Source: a virus
Taxonomy: Duplodnaviria; Caudoviricetes
Virus record (IMG/VR): IMGVR_UViG_3300037504_000748
Span: 1-59,722 of that record
Strand: one strand, 5' to 3'
DNA: 59,722 nt
The notes below the pieces were generated by a model. That model ran no database searches and was not told the DNA's origin. It was given only the letters and a program-made list of their open reading frames with translations. This document shows, one piece after another, positions 33,613-43,976 of this stretch. A program made the translations under genes and the position numbers. Every line of letters begins with the position of its first letter. The first letter of the stretch is position 1.

Positions 33613-34242
33613 TTACGACGATAACGCGTATCCATAGACGTAAATATCGGCGGTAGCAGCGGATCCCTGGGCGGTAGTCAGCGCAAAATACAGCGACGAA
33701 ATTACGTCCGTACCCGCTGCGGACGCCAGGGTCAAGGCGAGCCATTTGTCGTTGGACAGATCTACTGCGTTGTAGGCTTGCGTAGATGCGACGATCGTGG
33801 TACCGGTCTTACCTGCCCCCGTGTAGAACCCGCCTTGTGCTGTCGATAAATTGATCGACGCATTCGCGACGATGATGTCCGTCACGATGCACTTACCGCT
33901 TCCGATGCGGAACAATGAGATCGCTTGATCGTTCGTCGTATTGAAGTCGGCCCCCAAGAGTTTACCGAGCAAGACTCGATCCCACCGGACGTCGCGTACG
34001 ATTAGCTTTTCCACGGTCGTAACGGTTGAACCCTGGGTGATCTGCAATTGGTAGGTGCCGTCAGGTACGTTGAACTCGTACTCGCCGTTGCTGTCGGTCG
34101 TAAGGGGATTCGGCTTCTGTGTGACTTCATCGTCCTCGTACAGAGTCACCGCACTTCCTGCGGGCCATGTCGATACCTGTATCTGCGCCCCGTAGACGAC
34201 ATCGCCGTCCTGTTGGGCGATTAGGCCTTGCACCTTGTCCAT
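33613..34242 (-). CDS. Tail fibre/spike adaptor-like protein
   Basis: N-terminal NPLTTDSNGEYEF..PDGTY attachment-domain pattern. Confidence 0.55.
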   Translation of the reverse strand: MDKVQGLIAQQDGDVVYGAQIQVSTWPAGSAVTLYEDDEVTQKPNPLTTDSNGEYEFNVPDGTYQLQITQGSTVTTVEKLIVRDVRWDRVLLGKLLGADFNTTNDQAISLFRIGSGKCIVTDIIVANASINLSTAQGGFYTGAGKTGTTIVASTQAYNAVDLSNDKWLALTLASAAGTDVISSLYFALTTAQGSAATADIYVYGYALSS

Positions 34243-34251
34243 CTGTATCTC

Positions 34252-34878
34252 CTACTTGGTTCTGAGTGCGAGTAGATGCACAGTCGCGGTAGTCGTGGAG
34301 TAGTACGAGACATCATTACTGGAAATCGAGAATTTATCTGTCTCAAATGACGAATTCGTGCCGCTATCGATCTCATCGAGAGTGACTTGATACGTGATCG
34401 CCCCATCGGTCACCCAACACATACCGACCGCATTTTTGTCGGAACTTGTTTTAGCCATCCCCAGAATCAAGTACTGACCGGGATTATCAACCGTGATATC
34501 GACCAAGGACGAGTCGCCATAGGATGACGACATCGTACCCCGACTACGCGACCAGTCGACCCACGCTACTCCGTTGCTCCCATTTGGGCGTAAGACCTTA
34601 TCTTGGTTCGTCTGAGAGGTATTCACGCCAGATGGAAAACGGAGTTCGGAAGGCTGACCGCTCCCCCCAAAGCCAAGCAGATAGCCAGCTGTTCCGTGCG
34701 CTAGCTTCGACAGCGTCACTGCATCGTTCGTAATCCCGTTGGTCGCGATCTTGTCGGCACCGCTAGCGCCTTCAGCGATCGCACGACACATATCACGAAT
34801 GCGTTTCGCCTTGCTGGAGGTGAAATACTTGCCCACCGCCAATTCGGTATCGGACGGGGGATCCCATGTAAAGGCCAT
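34252..34878 (-). CDS. Minor tail protein
   Basis: Directly downstream of the hub gene; AIAEGASGA motif. Confidence 0.6.
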   Translation of the reverse strand: MAFTWDPPSDTELAVGKYFTSSKAKRIRDMCRAIAEGASGADKIATNGITNDAVTLSKLAHGTAGYLLGFGGSGQPSELRFPSGVNTSQTNQDKVLRPNGSNGVAWVDWSRSRGTMSSSYGDSSLVDITVDNPGQYLILGMAKTSSDKNAVGMCWVTDGAITYQVTLDEIDSGTNSSFETDKFSISSNDVSYYSTTTATVHLLALRTK

Positions 34879-34887
34879 GTAGTTCTC

Positions 34888-36666
34888 CTAGGAAAGTCGG
34901 TAGCCTTCGCTACCGTCGCTGGGCATCACGTTGCTGTCGTTGCATAGGTACCCACCGCCAGCCTTTTCTTCGTCTGTAGCAGATGAGTAATTTTCAGTAT
35001 CGACACCCTCTTCCATGAGAATCAGGTAACGAGCGTCGAATTGATAATCCATAGCAGTGAAGATATACTCTGCCGCCCCCCGACGGCGAGTCATCTCTTG
35101 ACGCTGCAGCACTTGCATCGCCCGAGTATCGTGCTCTCCTGTAGGGCTTTGCATCGCACCTGTGCTCACACGACATGCATCAGTAAGTTCAAGAGACACC
35201 CCATCTTTGGCGTCCAGCGAAAAAGTCAGAACAGTCGGTGTGTTTTTCGAACGTAGTATCCAATTATTGGCGAGAGAAGTCGCGTCCAAGTGCTGGTTCG
35301 GACCAAGCCACAAAGCGTACACTTTGTGAATACGTTCTTCGTCATATAGAGAAGCTGTTTCTGCGTCTTGCCAGATCGCCCATCCACCGAAATTGCCCGC
35401 CTTCGACTCCCCGTCGAACGGGTTGATTTGACCGTAGTAGACAATAGCAGTTGACGCGCGATCCTTCGGAGAGTCAACTGCTTTCATACTATCGGCCAGA
35501 ATGTTTTCGTCATCAGTGTAGGTAGTTATACTGTCAGTGTTTGGGCGGATCGCACGACATCTCACCTTGCCAGTGAACGGATCTGCCCACATGTGGAACG
35601 CACGGTTCTCCCCTAAACTATTCAGCAGCTCGTCACACGCCGTAGGCTTAGCGATCAATCTCGTGACTTTATAGCTTTCCATCCAAGCAGCGTTTTCATT
35701 CGAGATGTCCGTAGTGTTGATATCGGCAGTGGCGATGTTGCAACCGTTTTCTAGGATGTCCTGAAACACCGTAAGTGCAAGCTGATCGTCGTAATACAGG
35801 CACTCTTGAACAACCTCACCCGCATCGTGCTCTTCGGCGTCTGTATTGAATTGAGCACGAGTCACACTGAACGTGTCTCCGCTACGGGTAAACGACATCA
35901 CTTCAGTACCAATAGCAATATAACCGGAGGTACCGTACGCAGCTCCTTCGCCGGAGCCCACCGAGAACGAAGTCGCCGTCTCGTTGAGATCAGCACTGAG
36001 TGTTTCAGTGTTAGGGCTCGGGTACACAGACTGCTCGCCAAAAGCTTTGATCAACACATCTTGTAAGTGAATTGAGACTCTAGCCCTCTTGCCCCCTGAC
36101 GGACCTTCAATCTTGTCAATGATGTAGTATCGTGGCTTGAAATTGCTGAAATCAAACACCTGACCCGCCGAGGGGTCGACGAACCCGGTCCAGATGATCG
36201 CTTTTGCACCGCGGTAGTACGGGTTCCGACCCTTGAACTTGCCCCAATAGGTACCTTGACTCATTGGATTGTAAGTCCTGTCGGAAACATAGGGATCTGT
36301 GTCGAGATCACCCCAGGGGAAGTCTTTGATCGTAACGGTTGCCTTGCCCCTGGTGCCCAAGCCTCCCATATACGTCAGCTTCGGGGGTGATATTCGGAAC
36401 CCGCCTCGCGTCACGCACGGGATCGCGTTGTCGACATATATACCGACATCTTCGTTGTAGTAGTATGATTTCGTTGCAGGGTTATAGTTGTCTGGATCAC
36501 CGCAGTCGTTCGACCCCCGGCAGCGTGTATTGAAGCACTTACCGTCACCTGTCTGAGTTGACGTACACGGCGCGACGCCTAGAGTCTCCTGGCAAAACGG
36601 CAAACGCAGTTCCAAAATACGCAGCTGCACACGTGCAGCTGTTGCGGCCAAGGTCTCGTACGTCAT
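34888..36666 (-). CDS. Tail tip/baseplate hub protein
   Basis: 592 aa; Cys-rich N-terminus; RNPYY, IGTEVM...RAQFNT.AEEH; follows the distal tail gene. Confidence 0.7.
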   Translation of the reverse strand: MTYETLAATAARVQLRILELRLPFCQETLGVAPCTSTQTGDGKCFNTRCRGSNDCGDPDNYNPATKSYYYNEDVGIYVDNAIPCVTRGGFRISPPKLTYMGGLGTRGKATVTIKDFPWGDLDTDPYVSDRTYNPMSQGTYWGKFKGRNPYYRGAKAIIWTGFVDPSAGQVFDFSNFKPRYYIIDKIEGPSGGKRARVSIHLQDVLIKAFGEQSVYPSPNTETLSADLNETATSFSVGSGEGAAYGTSGYIAIGTEVMSFTRSGDTFSVTRAQFNTDAEEHDAGEVVQECLYYDDQLALTVFQDILENGCNIATADINTTDISNENAAWMESYKVTRLIAKPTACDELLNSLGENRAFHMWADPFTGKVRCRAIRPNTDSITTYTDDENILADSMKAVDSPKDRASTAIVYYGQINPFDGESKAGNFGGWAIWQDAETASLYDEERIHKVYALWLGPNQHLDATSLANNWILRSKNTPTVLTFSLDAKDGVSLELTDACRVSTGAMQSPTGEHDTRAMQVLQRQEMTRRRGAAEYIFTAMDYQFDARYLILMEEGVDTENYSSATDEEKAGGGYLCNDSNVMPSDGSEGYRLS

Positions 36667-37463
36667 GACTTATAGCGTCCTACACACTTGACTGACAACG
36701 ATACATGCTGCACCGAAGAGTAGGTTGCCCTGGGTAGCTTTTTGTCGAGCTCACACCACAAAACCTCTGTAGGAGCGGTGACAGGCAATGGCTTGTAGAA
36801 GAACCCCCACTGCTCTGCGTGATCTTCGAACGGCAACCAGTTGTTTCGGTACCATGTGTTCGTCAGCCCTTTTAGAGCGATTGAGAAGTCGTACCCTTTG
36901 CGAACAATGATACGTGGCAGCTGCTGCCCGCCGTGAGTTTCGTTGCGGGTGATTTCGTTACTGCGCTGCATGAAAGGTGTTCCCTGGCCAGGCGCTAGAC
37001 CGCGTTCGCAGACCATATCCCACCCCATGTGCAGTACACCAATCTGCACTGCACCGGAGGCCCCTGTGATATAGGCGCGGACATACCCCGCATTGACGCC
37101 GTTCCAGATCTGGTAGATGCACTCATCGTCAGATGAAGGGGAAACCGAGCTGCCGAGGTTGCTCCATGTTGAACCTGCGTTGTCCGAGTATTGAAACTGA
37201 ACAGTAGCCCCGACCGTACCTAGATTGTGCCCATAGATAGCACCGTAGGTGACTAGAACGGTTGAATCCACTGCCTGGATCCATTGCGTGCCGCCCGCGG
37301 TACTCTTCCAGCGCACGTATGGCAGGTGGTCGCGGACATTCTCTTTTTGGCCGTTGTTGGCAGTGTCCTCGGACGATGCCGTGACTGTACCTGCATCGAA
37401 CATATTGAAGTAGCCGATGCGCGGGCGCATCACTGTGATATCGTCGACGATCGTGACTGGCAC
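36663..37463 (-). CDS. Distal tail protein (Dit-like)
   Basis: Immediately after the tape measure gene; AIYGHNL. Confidence 0.6.
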   Translation of the reverse strand: MPVTIVDDITVMRPRIGYFNMFDAGTVTASSEDTANNGQKENVRDHLPYVRWKSTAGGTQWIQAVDSTVLVTYGAIYGHNLGTVGATVQFQYSDNAGSTWSNLGSSVSPSSDDECIYQIWNGVNAGYVRAYITGASGAVQIGVLHMGWDMVCERGLAPGQGTPFMQRSNEITRNETHGGQQLPRIIVRKGYDFSIALKGLTNTWYRNNWLPFEDHAEQWGFFYKPLPVTAPTEVLWCELDKKLPRATYSSVQHVSLSVKCVGRYKS

Positions 37464-37464
37464 G

Positions 37465-40245
37465 CTACTCTCCTATGTTGACTGCTATAGTGCGGAAACG
37501 CCCACCGCTCTCGACGTATGTATCAATGGCCTCACCAATGTTGTCGGTGATATCTCCTACTGTGGCCACATCGGTACGACTCACGCCTTCCATGTTGATT
37601 GTCAAGGTGCCTTCGACGGCTTCTGGTGCCTCTTCGTCGACGTTACCGACCTCCGACAGTGTTGTTGCGACATCTTCAATGTTGTCTGTAGTTGCTGGTG
37701 GAGGCTGCGCTGCAACAGCACCCCCTCCCCCTGGTGCTGTAGGCGGTGCTCCGGAGCCTTTCTGAGCGCTTGTAATCGCTGCGATCTGTGCGGCGCCTGT
37801 AGCGGCAGCAAGGGCCATAGCTGGGATCGCTGCGGGCCACCCTAGCTCCATAGCTCGTGTGATGCCGATGGCCGTTGAAATCACAGCTTGAGCGACACCG
37901 AAAGCTTTGCTTTCAGCCAGTGCACTGTTGCCGGTCGCTATCAAGATCTGTTGGATGGCTAACATGGTGTTTTGCGCCATCATCAGACGAGTCATCCATT
38001 CGGCCCGCATCATGGCGGAACGCTGCTTCTCGTGTTTCTGTTGTATCTCGGTACGCTTTGCTTCGTACGCATCAATGGTTTTCGTGAGCAGATCCTCGCG
38101 CTCGTTGACGTAGGCAAATTCAGAGGATTTGAGCTCCTCCAAAAAGATTCTGCGTTCGTCGTACTGCTCGGCCAGCAGCTCCATTTCAGTAGCGAATCCC
38201 TCACGCAATGCTTCGAGCTTGGCTTGGTTTTCTTCCCTCTGTTGTTCAGCAGGGTCGTCTTCGGTACCGCCATTCATAGCGTCCATAGCTGCTTGTTGAT
38301 CTGCTTGAGCCTGACGCAGCTCCAGAAGAGCGTCTGTTTTCTCCTGTTCTGCGGCCACCTCGGCCTCGTTACGTGCTATCATCTTCTGACGAAGTTCCTC
38401 GTCGATCTCTTCGCTCTTCGCTTTGAATTCATCAATCTGTGCCTCAAGCTGTTGCAAGTCCGGCACGAGACTGCTGAACACGCCTCGGCTGCCTCTCTTG
38501 ATGCGATCGATAGCTTCCTCCATCTTAGGACCAGCATCGCCGGCGAGATAGTCTGCAGCGTCTTTGATGTCGCCCTTATAGGCTTCGATACCCTCACCGA
38601 GACCGCGGATCGAGTCGGCAACATCCTCGCTAAGATAGCTGACCATATCAGCAAGTTGATTCATCAGACCTCTAATAAGATCAAGCGTTGTACTTGCAAA
38701 CGCCGCAATGGACTGCACGATAGCCGCTAGAGGCGACTTTAAAGCCTCTTCGAAAAAGTCAGCGAAACCTTCGACTATCTCTTGCAGGTTGACAATCGCA
38801 TTGGCAAGCGGGCGAGCAAAGAACGCGTCAAAGAATGCCCCTACTTTCTGAAAGGTTGCACTTAGTCCGTCGACGACATCCGATACACTAAGCGTGCCAT
38901 CGACCAGCGCATCCATTGCCGAACCGGCCGCGTCGCCGAATTTACCCGTCTCCCCCATAAGCCAACTAAAGGCTTGACCGATCTTACTAAACCCGTCGCC
39001 GATCGTGTCCACGAGGAACATGATCGCGGCCGAGACCAGCTTGGTCGCTGCGGCCATGGCCTTGATTACGGGGTTAGCTTCTTCGATCGCTTCTTTGTTA
39101 CCGCCGAGGACACGCAGCAACTGCGTAGCAGTATCGACTACATCCCTCAGCCCGCCGGCTACACCGGAGTCGCCCAGTTCTAAATAGAGCTCTTCAAAGG
39201 CCGAACGCAACGCCTTGACCGCCCCGGCAAGATTGTCATCCATAATTCGGGCCACACGAGCAGCTGCTCCTTCGGCCGCCTGATTCTTCTCAATAAGTGT
39301 TTCCAGGGCGTCTGTTTGAGATGTGATTGCCAGCGCTGCAGCCACGTGACGTTGACCAAAGATGTCCAGCGCTTGACTTGCACCAAGATTGCGCTCTCGA
39401 AACGTCTTGAAGATATCTGTGAGCGAATGCATTTCTGGGTTGACGTCGGCAGCTGTTATTCCCATCTGCTCCAACGCCGCCCTAGCCTTGCCGGATGGAT
39501 TCAGAAGACGGGTTAGCACACCACGAAGGCCTGTACCCGCTGAACTCGCTTGAATACCGGCGTTGCCTAACACACCAAGTGCTGCCGCTGTCTCCTCGAT
39601 GGGCACTTGCAAAGCCCCGGCAACAGGGCCTACATATTCAAAAGCATCACCAAGCTGCTGCACATTGGTGTTAGCGTTATTCGCGGTCGTCAATAGCACG
39701 TCGACAACACGAGTGGTCTCGCTGGCCTGCAAACTGAATGCGCTAAGAACATTAGAGGCGATGTCGGCAGCCTCGCCTAGTTCAAGAGATCCGGCTGCTG
39801 CGAGATTCAAAGTAGCAGGTAGAGCCTCAGTTGCTTCCGCTACATCGAAACCTGCTCTAGCCAGAAACGTCATACCTTCGGCGGCTTCTGCAGCTGAGAA
39901 TCTGGTGTTCGCTCCTAGCTCTCGAACAGTATCCTCCATGATCTCCATTTGAATTGCCGTCGCATTAGTGACCCCTCGAAGTTCGGACATTTGCGACTCG
40001 AATCCTGCCATCGTCCGTATAGCGTCTCGAGCAGCTGCGAGAGCAGCGAACCCTCCTACCAATGTCCGCAGTTGACCACCTAAAGCGGAGGCCGCGGCGC
40101 GTGTTTTGCCTAAGGCTCCTTGTACTCGCTTTTGGCCTGCAGCAAAGCGCTTGTTGGAGTTCGACATTCGACCTACAGCATCAGTGTAGGTCTGCGCGCC
40201 TGCTTGAGCTCTTCGGCCGTCGATGCCTACGGAGAGGGTCGGCAT
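37465..40245 (-). CDS. Tape measure protein (TP901-family domain)
   Basis: 926 aa, Ala-rich; FSAAEAAEG..LARAG, AGTGLR; follows the tail chaperones. Confidence 0.92.
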   Translation of the reverse strand: MPTLSVGIDGRRAQAGAQTYTDAVGRMSNSNKRFAAGQKRVQGALGKTRAAASALGGQLRTLVGGFAALAAARDAIRTMAGFESQMSELRGVTNATAIQMEIMEDTVRELGANTRFSAAEAAEGMTFLARAGFDVAEATEALPATLNLAAAGSLELGEAADIASNVLSAFSLQASETTRVVDVLLTTANNANTNVQQLGDAFEYVGPVAGALQVPIEETAAALGVLGNAGIQASSAGTGLRGVLTRLLNPSGKARAALEQMGITAADVNPEMHSLTDIFKTFRERNLGASQALDIFGQRHVAAALAITSQTDALETLIEKNQAAEGAAARVARIMDDNLAGAVKALRSAFEELYLELGDSGVAGGLRDVVDTATQLLRVLGGNKEAIEEANPVIKAMAAATKLVSAAIMFLVDTIGDGFSKIGQAFSWLMGETGKFGDAAGSAMDALVDGTLSVSDVVDGLSATFQKVGAFFDAFFARPLANAIVNLQEIVEGFADFFEEALKSPLAAIVQSIAAFASTTLDLIRGLMNQLADMVSYLSEDVADSIRGLGEGIEAYKGDIKDAADYLAGDAGPKMEEAIDRIKRGSRGVFSSLVPDLQQLEAQIDEFKAKSEEIDEELRQKMIARNEAEVAAEQEKTDALLELRQAQADQQAAMDAMNGGTEDDPAEQQREENQAKLEALREGFATEMELLAEQYDERRIFLEELKSSEFAYVNEREDLLTKTIDAYEAKRTEIQQKHEKQRSAMMRAEWMTRLMMAQNTMLAIQQILIATGNSALAESKAFGVAQAVISTAIGITRAMELGWPAAIPAMALAAATGAAQIAAITSAQKGSGAPPTAPGGGGAVAAQPPPATTDNIEDVATTLSEVGNVDEEAPEAVEGTLTINMEGVSRTDVATVGDITDNIGEAIDTYVESGGRFRTIAVNIGE

Positions 40246-40597
40246 TAGGCTTCTCCAACGATTCGAGATGCTCTCGAATCCACTCTCGATCGGCAGTTGT
40301 CACAAGAAATGTGATGTCGTGCCGTTCTTCGGTGTCGTAAATCGCCATGAGTTCGAGCCATGCGAGTATCTCGGAGTACAGCAACGGTTGAATAGTGTGT
40401 GAGGGCCCGATCTGTCTTGATCCGGCCAGCGCGACGAAACACTCCCATGCCAGTACTGTGACGGGGTCGGACAGCTCTGGTCGCTCGTCGAGCGCGCGAG
40501 CAGATAGGCCGCGTGCTCGACGTCCTTCCAGATACTTCAGATACTTCGGGTCCCGGCCCCATGCTCGCTCCCAGATTACTCGCTGACGGACTTTCCC
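40181..40597 (-). CDS. Tail assembly chaperone frameshift extension (GT-like, -1 frame)
   Basis: Open -1 frame from the slippery site: KVRQRVIWERAW...PELSDP...AWECFVAL...QPLLYSEILAW... Confidence 0.75.
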   Translation of the reverse strand, partial: GKVRQRVIWERAWGRDPKYLKYLEGRRARGLSARALDERPELSDPVTVLAWECFVALAGSRQIGPSHTIQPLLYSEILAWLELMAIYDTEERHDITFLVTTADREWIREHLESLEKPNADPLRRHRRPKSSSRRADLH

Positions 40598-40989
40598 GCT
40601 TCGTCTTCGATCTTGGTCCGCCGATAGTTCTCTGTGCTGTTCGCAACTGCAATCACGAAGTTGTAGATGTCGGCATACTCGGAGTCTTCCAGCACCTTCT
40701 GACCGATTGCAGGAGTGTATTCGAGGGGCTGGCCTCTGTCGTCCTCGACGTTTCTCCAGTCGAGAAGCACAGTGTGCGCAATCGCTTCCTTGGACAGGCT
40801 CTCTAACGTTTCGTCGTCCAGCACGTCATGTCGCATCTGGGCCCGCAACGGTTTACCGAGCTTGCGCATGTAGCGGCGAAAAGCGGGGTTTCCAAGTCGA
40901 GCGATCTTGAATTGTATTCCTTCGGCGTAGTCGACCCAGACGCCGTTGATCTCGGTGTCAGAATCCAAACGAAGTTGACTGAGTTTCAT
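40576..40989 (-). CDS. Tail assembly chaperone (G-like)
   Basis: Between tail tube and tape measure genes; GVWVDY, IARLGN, VLLDWRNV. Confidence 0.85.
   Translation of the reverse strand: MKLSQLRLDSDTEINGVWVDYAEGIQFKIARLGNPAFRRYMRKLGKPLRAQMRHDVLDDETLESLSKEAIAHTVLLDWRNVEDDRGQPLEYTPAIGQKVLEDSEYADIYNFVIAVANSTENYRRTKIEDEAGKSVSE
40591..40597 (-). other. -1 programmed frameshift slippery site G GGA AAG
   Basis: Same heptamer as lambda G/T, four sense codons before the chaperone stop. Confidence 0.8.
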
Positions 40990-41046
40990 ATAAGGTTCCT
41001 CTGGACTGAGAGAGGGTTGAAAGAATGCCGGGTGGAGGGGCGTAAA

Positions 41047-42237
41047 TTAGGAGGAGGGGAATCGAACGATCCGTAGGGTGATCTGTTCGGTACTGTCGAG
41101 GATGGCCGAGTAGTTCAGCTCCTGCATGACATCACTGGACTGACCGCCGGCAACGGTCTGCCCGCTCGTCAACTTGACGGTGGGCATGTCGATGATGTAT
41201 CGATTGTTGTCACCGTCTTGTATCAGGAAGGCGATTGAGGTGCTTGTCCAATCACTGAACTTGGTCAGCAGAGTGTTATCCTCGAAGTACGCCTGAATCG
41301 ATCCTGTGACGTTGCAGATTCCTTCGCCGATACTCTCGGCTCCGAGCAGGCCGATGATGTTACGCGCACGCAGATTGTTGTTGAGTTCGATGGTGACCTG
41401 CATCGCTTCGAACGAACTCTGGCTCTCCAACAAACTGGTCACATGATCGACCGCATTCATCACCGGGGTTGTAGTAGCAGTCGTGTTGGACGCGCCACTG
41501 ATTGCCGAATCAGATCGAGTTTCGTTTGAACCGAGCAGGCTGAACGAGCCGGTAATAATGGCGGCAGCAGCAACGGTCAGCGACAGCGAATTGACCTGCA
41601 TACCCGTATAAACGGCGTACTTGCTAATGTCGCTGAACTTCTTTTGGAAGCTGTAACTGTGAGCAGTCGTGCCGTTTGTGATCGAAGATCCTTGAGTGAT
41701 GGTCACGCTATCGCCAGCTGCTTCGTCAGTAAGCGTGCCACCGCTTACCACAATACCGTCGTTGTCGGCCGTGCCCGGGTCGGAAGACGACACCGACTCG
41801 ATTTTGAACAGGCCGTTGTTTGCGGTCTCAGTGAAACCTGAAACAAGCACCCATTCACCTGCGGTGTAATTGGCAAAGTCGCCATCATCACCACGAAATT
41901 CATTTGAGGCGTTGATTGCCTGAATGCCTGTGTCGGAGCTGATATCGGTCACAGCGGATGACCACGCGCTGGCGAACAATGCCGCTTTGAGAAGCTCATC
42001 ATACGTTGAGTACGAGAACTCGAAACCGATATCACCAGACGCATTCTGGTTGAGACGAATTGCATCTGAAACATTGCGATCCGGGCGAATCTCTTTCGAG
42101 TCCTCCGCAGACGTTTCAGCATGCAAGCTTTCGCTTGTGAAGCGAAGATTCTGGAGGGTGGGTGAAGTGGGAGTTGTGCCCCAAACTGACTCAGCCACGT
42201 AGGCCAGCTCGACGCGATCAGCAACAGCTGCAGTCAT
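41047..42237 (-). CDS. Tail tube protein
   Basis: AYVAESVWGTTP, LRFTSESL, SKEIRPDR, VTGSIQAYF; no sheath gene present. Confidence 0.85.
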   Translation of the reverse strand: MTAAVADRVELAYVAESVWGTTPTSPTLQNLRFTSESLHAETSAEDSKEIRPDRNVSDAIRLNQNASGDIGFEFSYSTYDELLKAALFASAWSSAVTDISSDTGIQAINASNEFRGDDGDFANYTAGEWVLVSGFTETANNGLFKIESVSSSDPGTADNDGIVVSGGTLTDEAAGDSVTITQGSSITNGTTAHSYSFQKKFSDISKYAVYTGMQVNSLSLTVAAAAIITGSFSLLGSNETRSDSAISGASNTTATTTPVMNAVDHVTSLLESQSSFEAMQVTIELNNNLRARNIIGLLGAESIGEGICNVTGSIQAYFEDNTLLTKFSDWTSTSIAFLIQDGDNNRYIIDMPTVKLTSGQTVAGGQSSDVMQELNYSAILDSTEQITLRIVRFPSS

Positions 42238-42246
42238 GATCGACTC

Positions 42247-42648
42247 CTAGAGTGTGTCGTCATAGATGAAGGGAATAGTCAGGGTCACTTGCCACTGACC
42301 TTCTTGCCGACCGTTGTTGGTGTACGTAGGGGCTTGATAGATCACACCGTCGGCGGATGTGTTTGAGAAGATAGGTCGAATCACATCCACTAGCCCCAAT
42401 AGAGATGCGAGTCCCAATTTCAGATCACCGAATAGTTGCGCTTTGATGACCCCTGTCGTGCGATGCGATTTGACGTTACCATATTCTTTCTGCACCGTTT
42501 CTGCGGGTAGGACGGTGAGACGAGCCCACTTCGCAGCCTTCCGCTTTTCGTACGGCGCGTTATCGTACTGAGTCGGCAACGACTGAGGTGTCGCCACTAA
42601 AGTACTCCACCGCTGTGTGATTGCGTTCTGCATCGCTAAAAGACTCAT
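42247..42648 (-). CDS. Tail terminator protein (DUF4128-like)
   Basis: YDN.PY, WARL, G...QLF, WQV...IPF; position. Confidence 0.7.
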   Translation of the reverse strand: MSLLAMQNAITQRWSTLVATPQSLPTQYDNAPYEKRKAAKWARLTVLPAETVQKEYGNVKSHRTTGVIKAQLFGDLKLGLASLLGLVDVIRPIFSNTSADGVIYQAPTYTNNGRQEGQWQVTLTIPFIYDDTL

Positions 42649-43091
42649 TGCCTGATCTCTCTTAGTCGTTGCAGATTGACAGAGACCATACCCTGAGGCG
42701 CCTGTGTGCTGCTGCCGTCCTCAAGAAAGCCGATGTACTCAAGATTGTTTTGAATAAACGAGGTATCGCCCAGCCTAATCCGTTGGGTTTCTTGGGCACC
42801 TTCTTGAACCGCCTCCTCACCGGATGTACGATCAATCGTACCGGTTTTTTGCCCGCCAACAGACGATTGCCAGTTCCCCCGTGCTCGACCTGTGTCCACG
42901 GGCGTATCTTTCACTATGCCAGCGAGTAGATCCATGTGTATTTGACGATGAAACTGCTGCCCTGCTTGGCCAACAAGATCGATACTGTCTTTCAGAAAAC
43001 GGTTGAATTGCTCGGTACTGTCTGTGAGTTGGCGGCTGAGGCGTTGCATGCGTTGTTCGGTGTTCTCGCGCTTCTGTCTTGGGTTAGCCAT
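42645..43091 (-). CDS. HK97 gp10-like neck/tail completion protein
   Basis: TPVDTGRARGNW, NNLEY...LEDG.STQAPQGMV. Confidence 0.85.
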   Translation of the reverse strand: MANPRQKRENTEQRMQRLSRQLTDSTEQFNRFLKDSIDLVGQAGQQFHRQIHMDLLAGIVKDTPVDTGRARGNWQSSVGGQKTGTIDRTSGEEAVQEGAQETQRIRLGDTSFIQNNLEYIGFLEDGSSTQAPQGMVSVNLQRLREIRQ

Positions 43092-43464
43092 CGTTGCTCC
43101 TTTCGAGAATCAACTGGATGACCGCAATGGAGTCCCCGCTATAGATAGGGTTCGCCTCGACGATTCTGTACGTATCCCCTTGAAATACGAGTTCGGAAGC
43201 GCACTGATAGTCGATACCTGTGGTCGGATAGACCCAGGACTCTAATCGACTGACAACATCGTTGGATTCTGGTGACAATTGTTTGAGAGCTGGGTAAGGA
43301 GGCGCTATGTTGACCGTATGCTCAGTTTCCGCCCCCTCAGTTGTTGTGTTCGTCGTTGGGTCGAACACCTCGCTTGCCAGTGTCTTGACTGCAGCCTCGG
43401 ACCCGTACTGATCGATGAGACGAACAGCTAGCGGTACGAATGTCAGATCGAGCGCGGTAGTCAT
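43084..43464 (-). CDS. Head closure / head-tail joining protein
   Basis: LIDQYG, FDPTT, YRIV; position. Confidence 0.65.
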   Translation of the reverse strand: MTTALDLTFVPLAVRLIDQYGSEAAVKTLASEVFDPTTNTTTEGAETEHTVNIAPPYPALKQLSPESNDVVSRLESWVYPTTGIDYQCASELVFQGDTYRIVEANPIYSGDSIAVIQLILERSNDG

Positions 43465-43970
43465 ACTCTGTACACTCCGCCCAACCCTGTGAGGGCGCTC
43501 AAAAGGGAATGCGTCATCGAGTAGGATCGCAAGCTTGTCTTGGCGCCAGCGTATTCCTTCGTCTCCGAAATCGGCCCCAGCTTCACACTTTCTTTGATAA
43601 CGCCCGCTGCGGGATCAGATGTTTCGAGTAGCGGAGTTGATAGGGCATCGACAGCTAGCTGACAACATGCCTGCTGCAAACGGTTCGGAATCTCATCGGA
43701 ATCAATCGATCGCCCATCAGCGTAATACGCGAAGCTTCTCGGCCAATCGAGAGCCTGGGTGGTCAATCGACGCTCGCCGCCCCACTTCATCCCCCATTCA
43801 GAGTCGATGTATTGAGTCGCACGTCGAAGAGCGACCTCCTTTTCGGTGTCGGACGCGGCCGACCACGCTGAACTGCTGATGTAGTTGGTGTTGTAGGTAT
43901 CGGCATACGCGACGCTGGCGTAAGACTCAGCGTCGCTTTTGCCGGTACCATCTTCAACGACAAGCGCCAT
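43461..43970 (-). CDS. Head-tail adaptor (DnaT-like domain family)
   Basis: MALVVEDGTG...ESYAS, ALRRAT.YID, QALDWPR, IP..LQQA. Confidence 0.85.
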   Translation of the reverse strand: MALVVEDGTGKSDAESYASVAYADTYNTNYISSSAWSAASDTEKEVALRRATQYIDSEWGMKWGGERRLTTQALDWPRSFAYYADGRSIDSDEIPNRLQQACCQLAVDALSTPLLETSDPAAGVIKESVKLGPISETKEYAGAKTSLRSYSMTHSLLSALTGLGGVYRV

Positions 43971-43976
43971 GATTGA

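Noticed and set aside
40245-40652. 135-aa ORF in the track
   Set aside because: Wrong frame; the -1 frame from GGGAAAG gives the chaperone-like sequence
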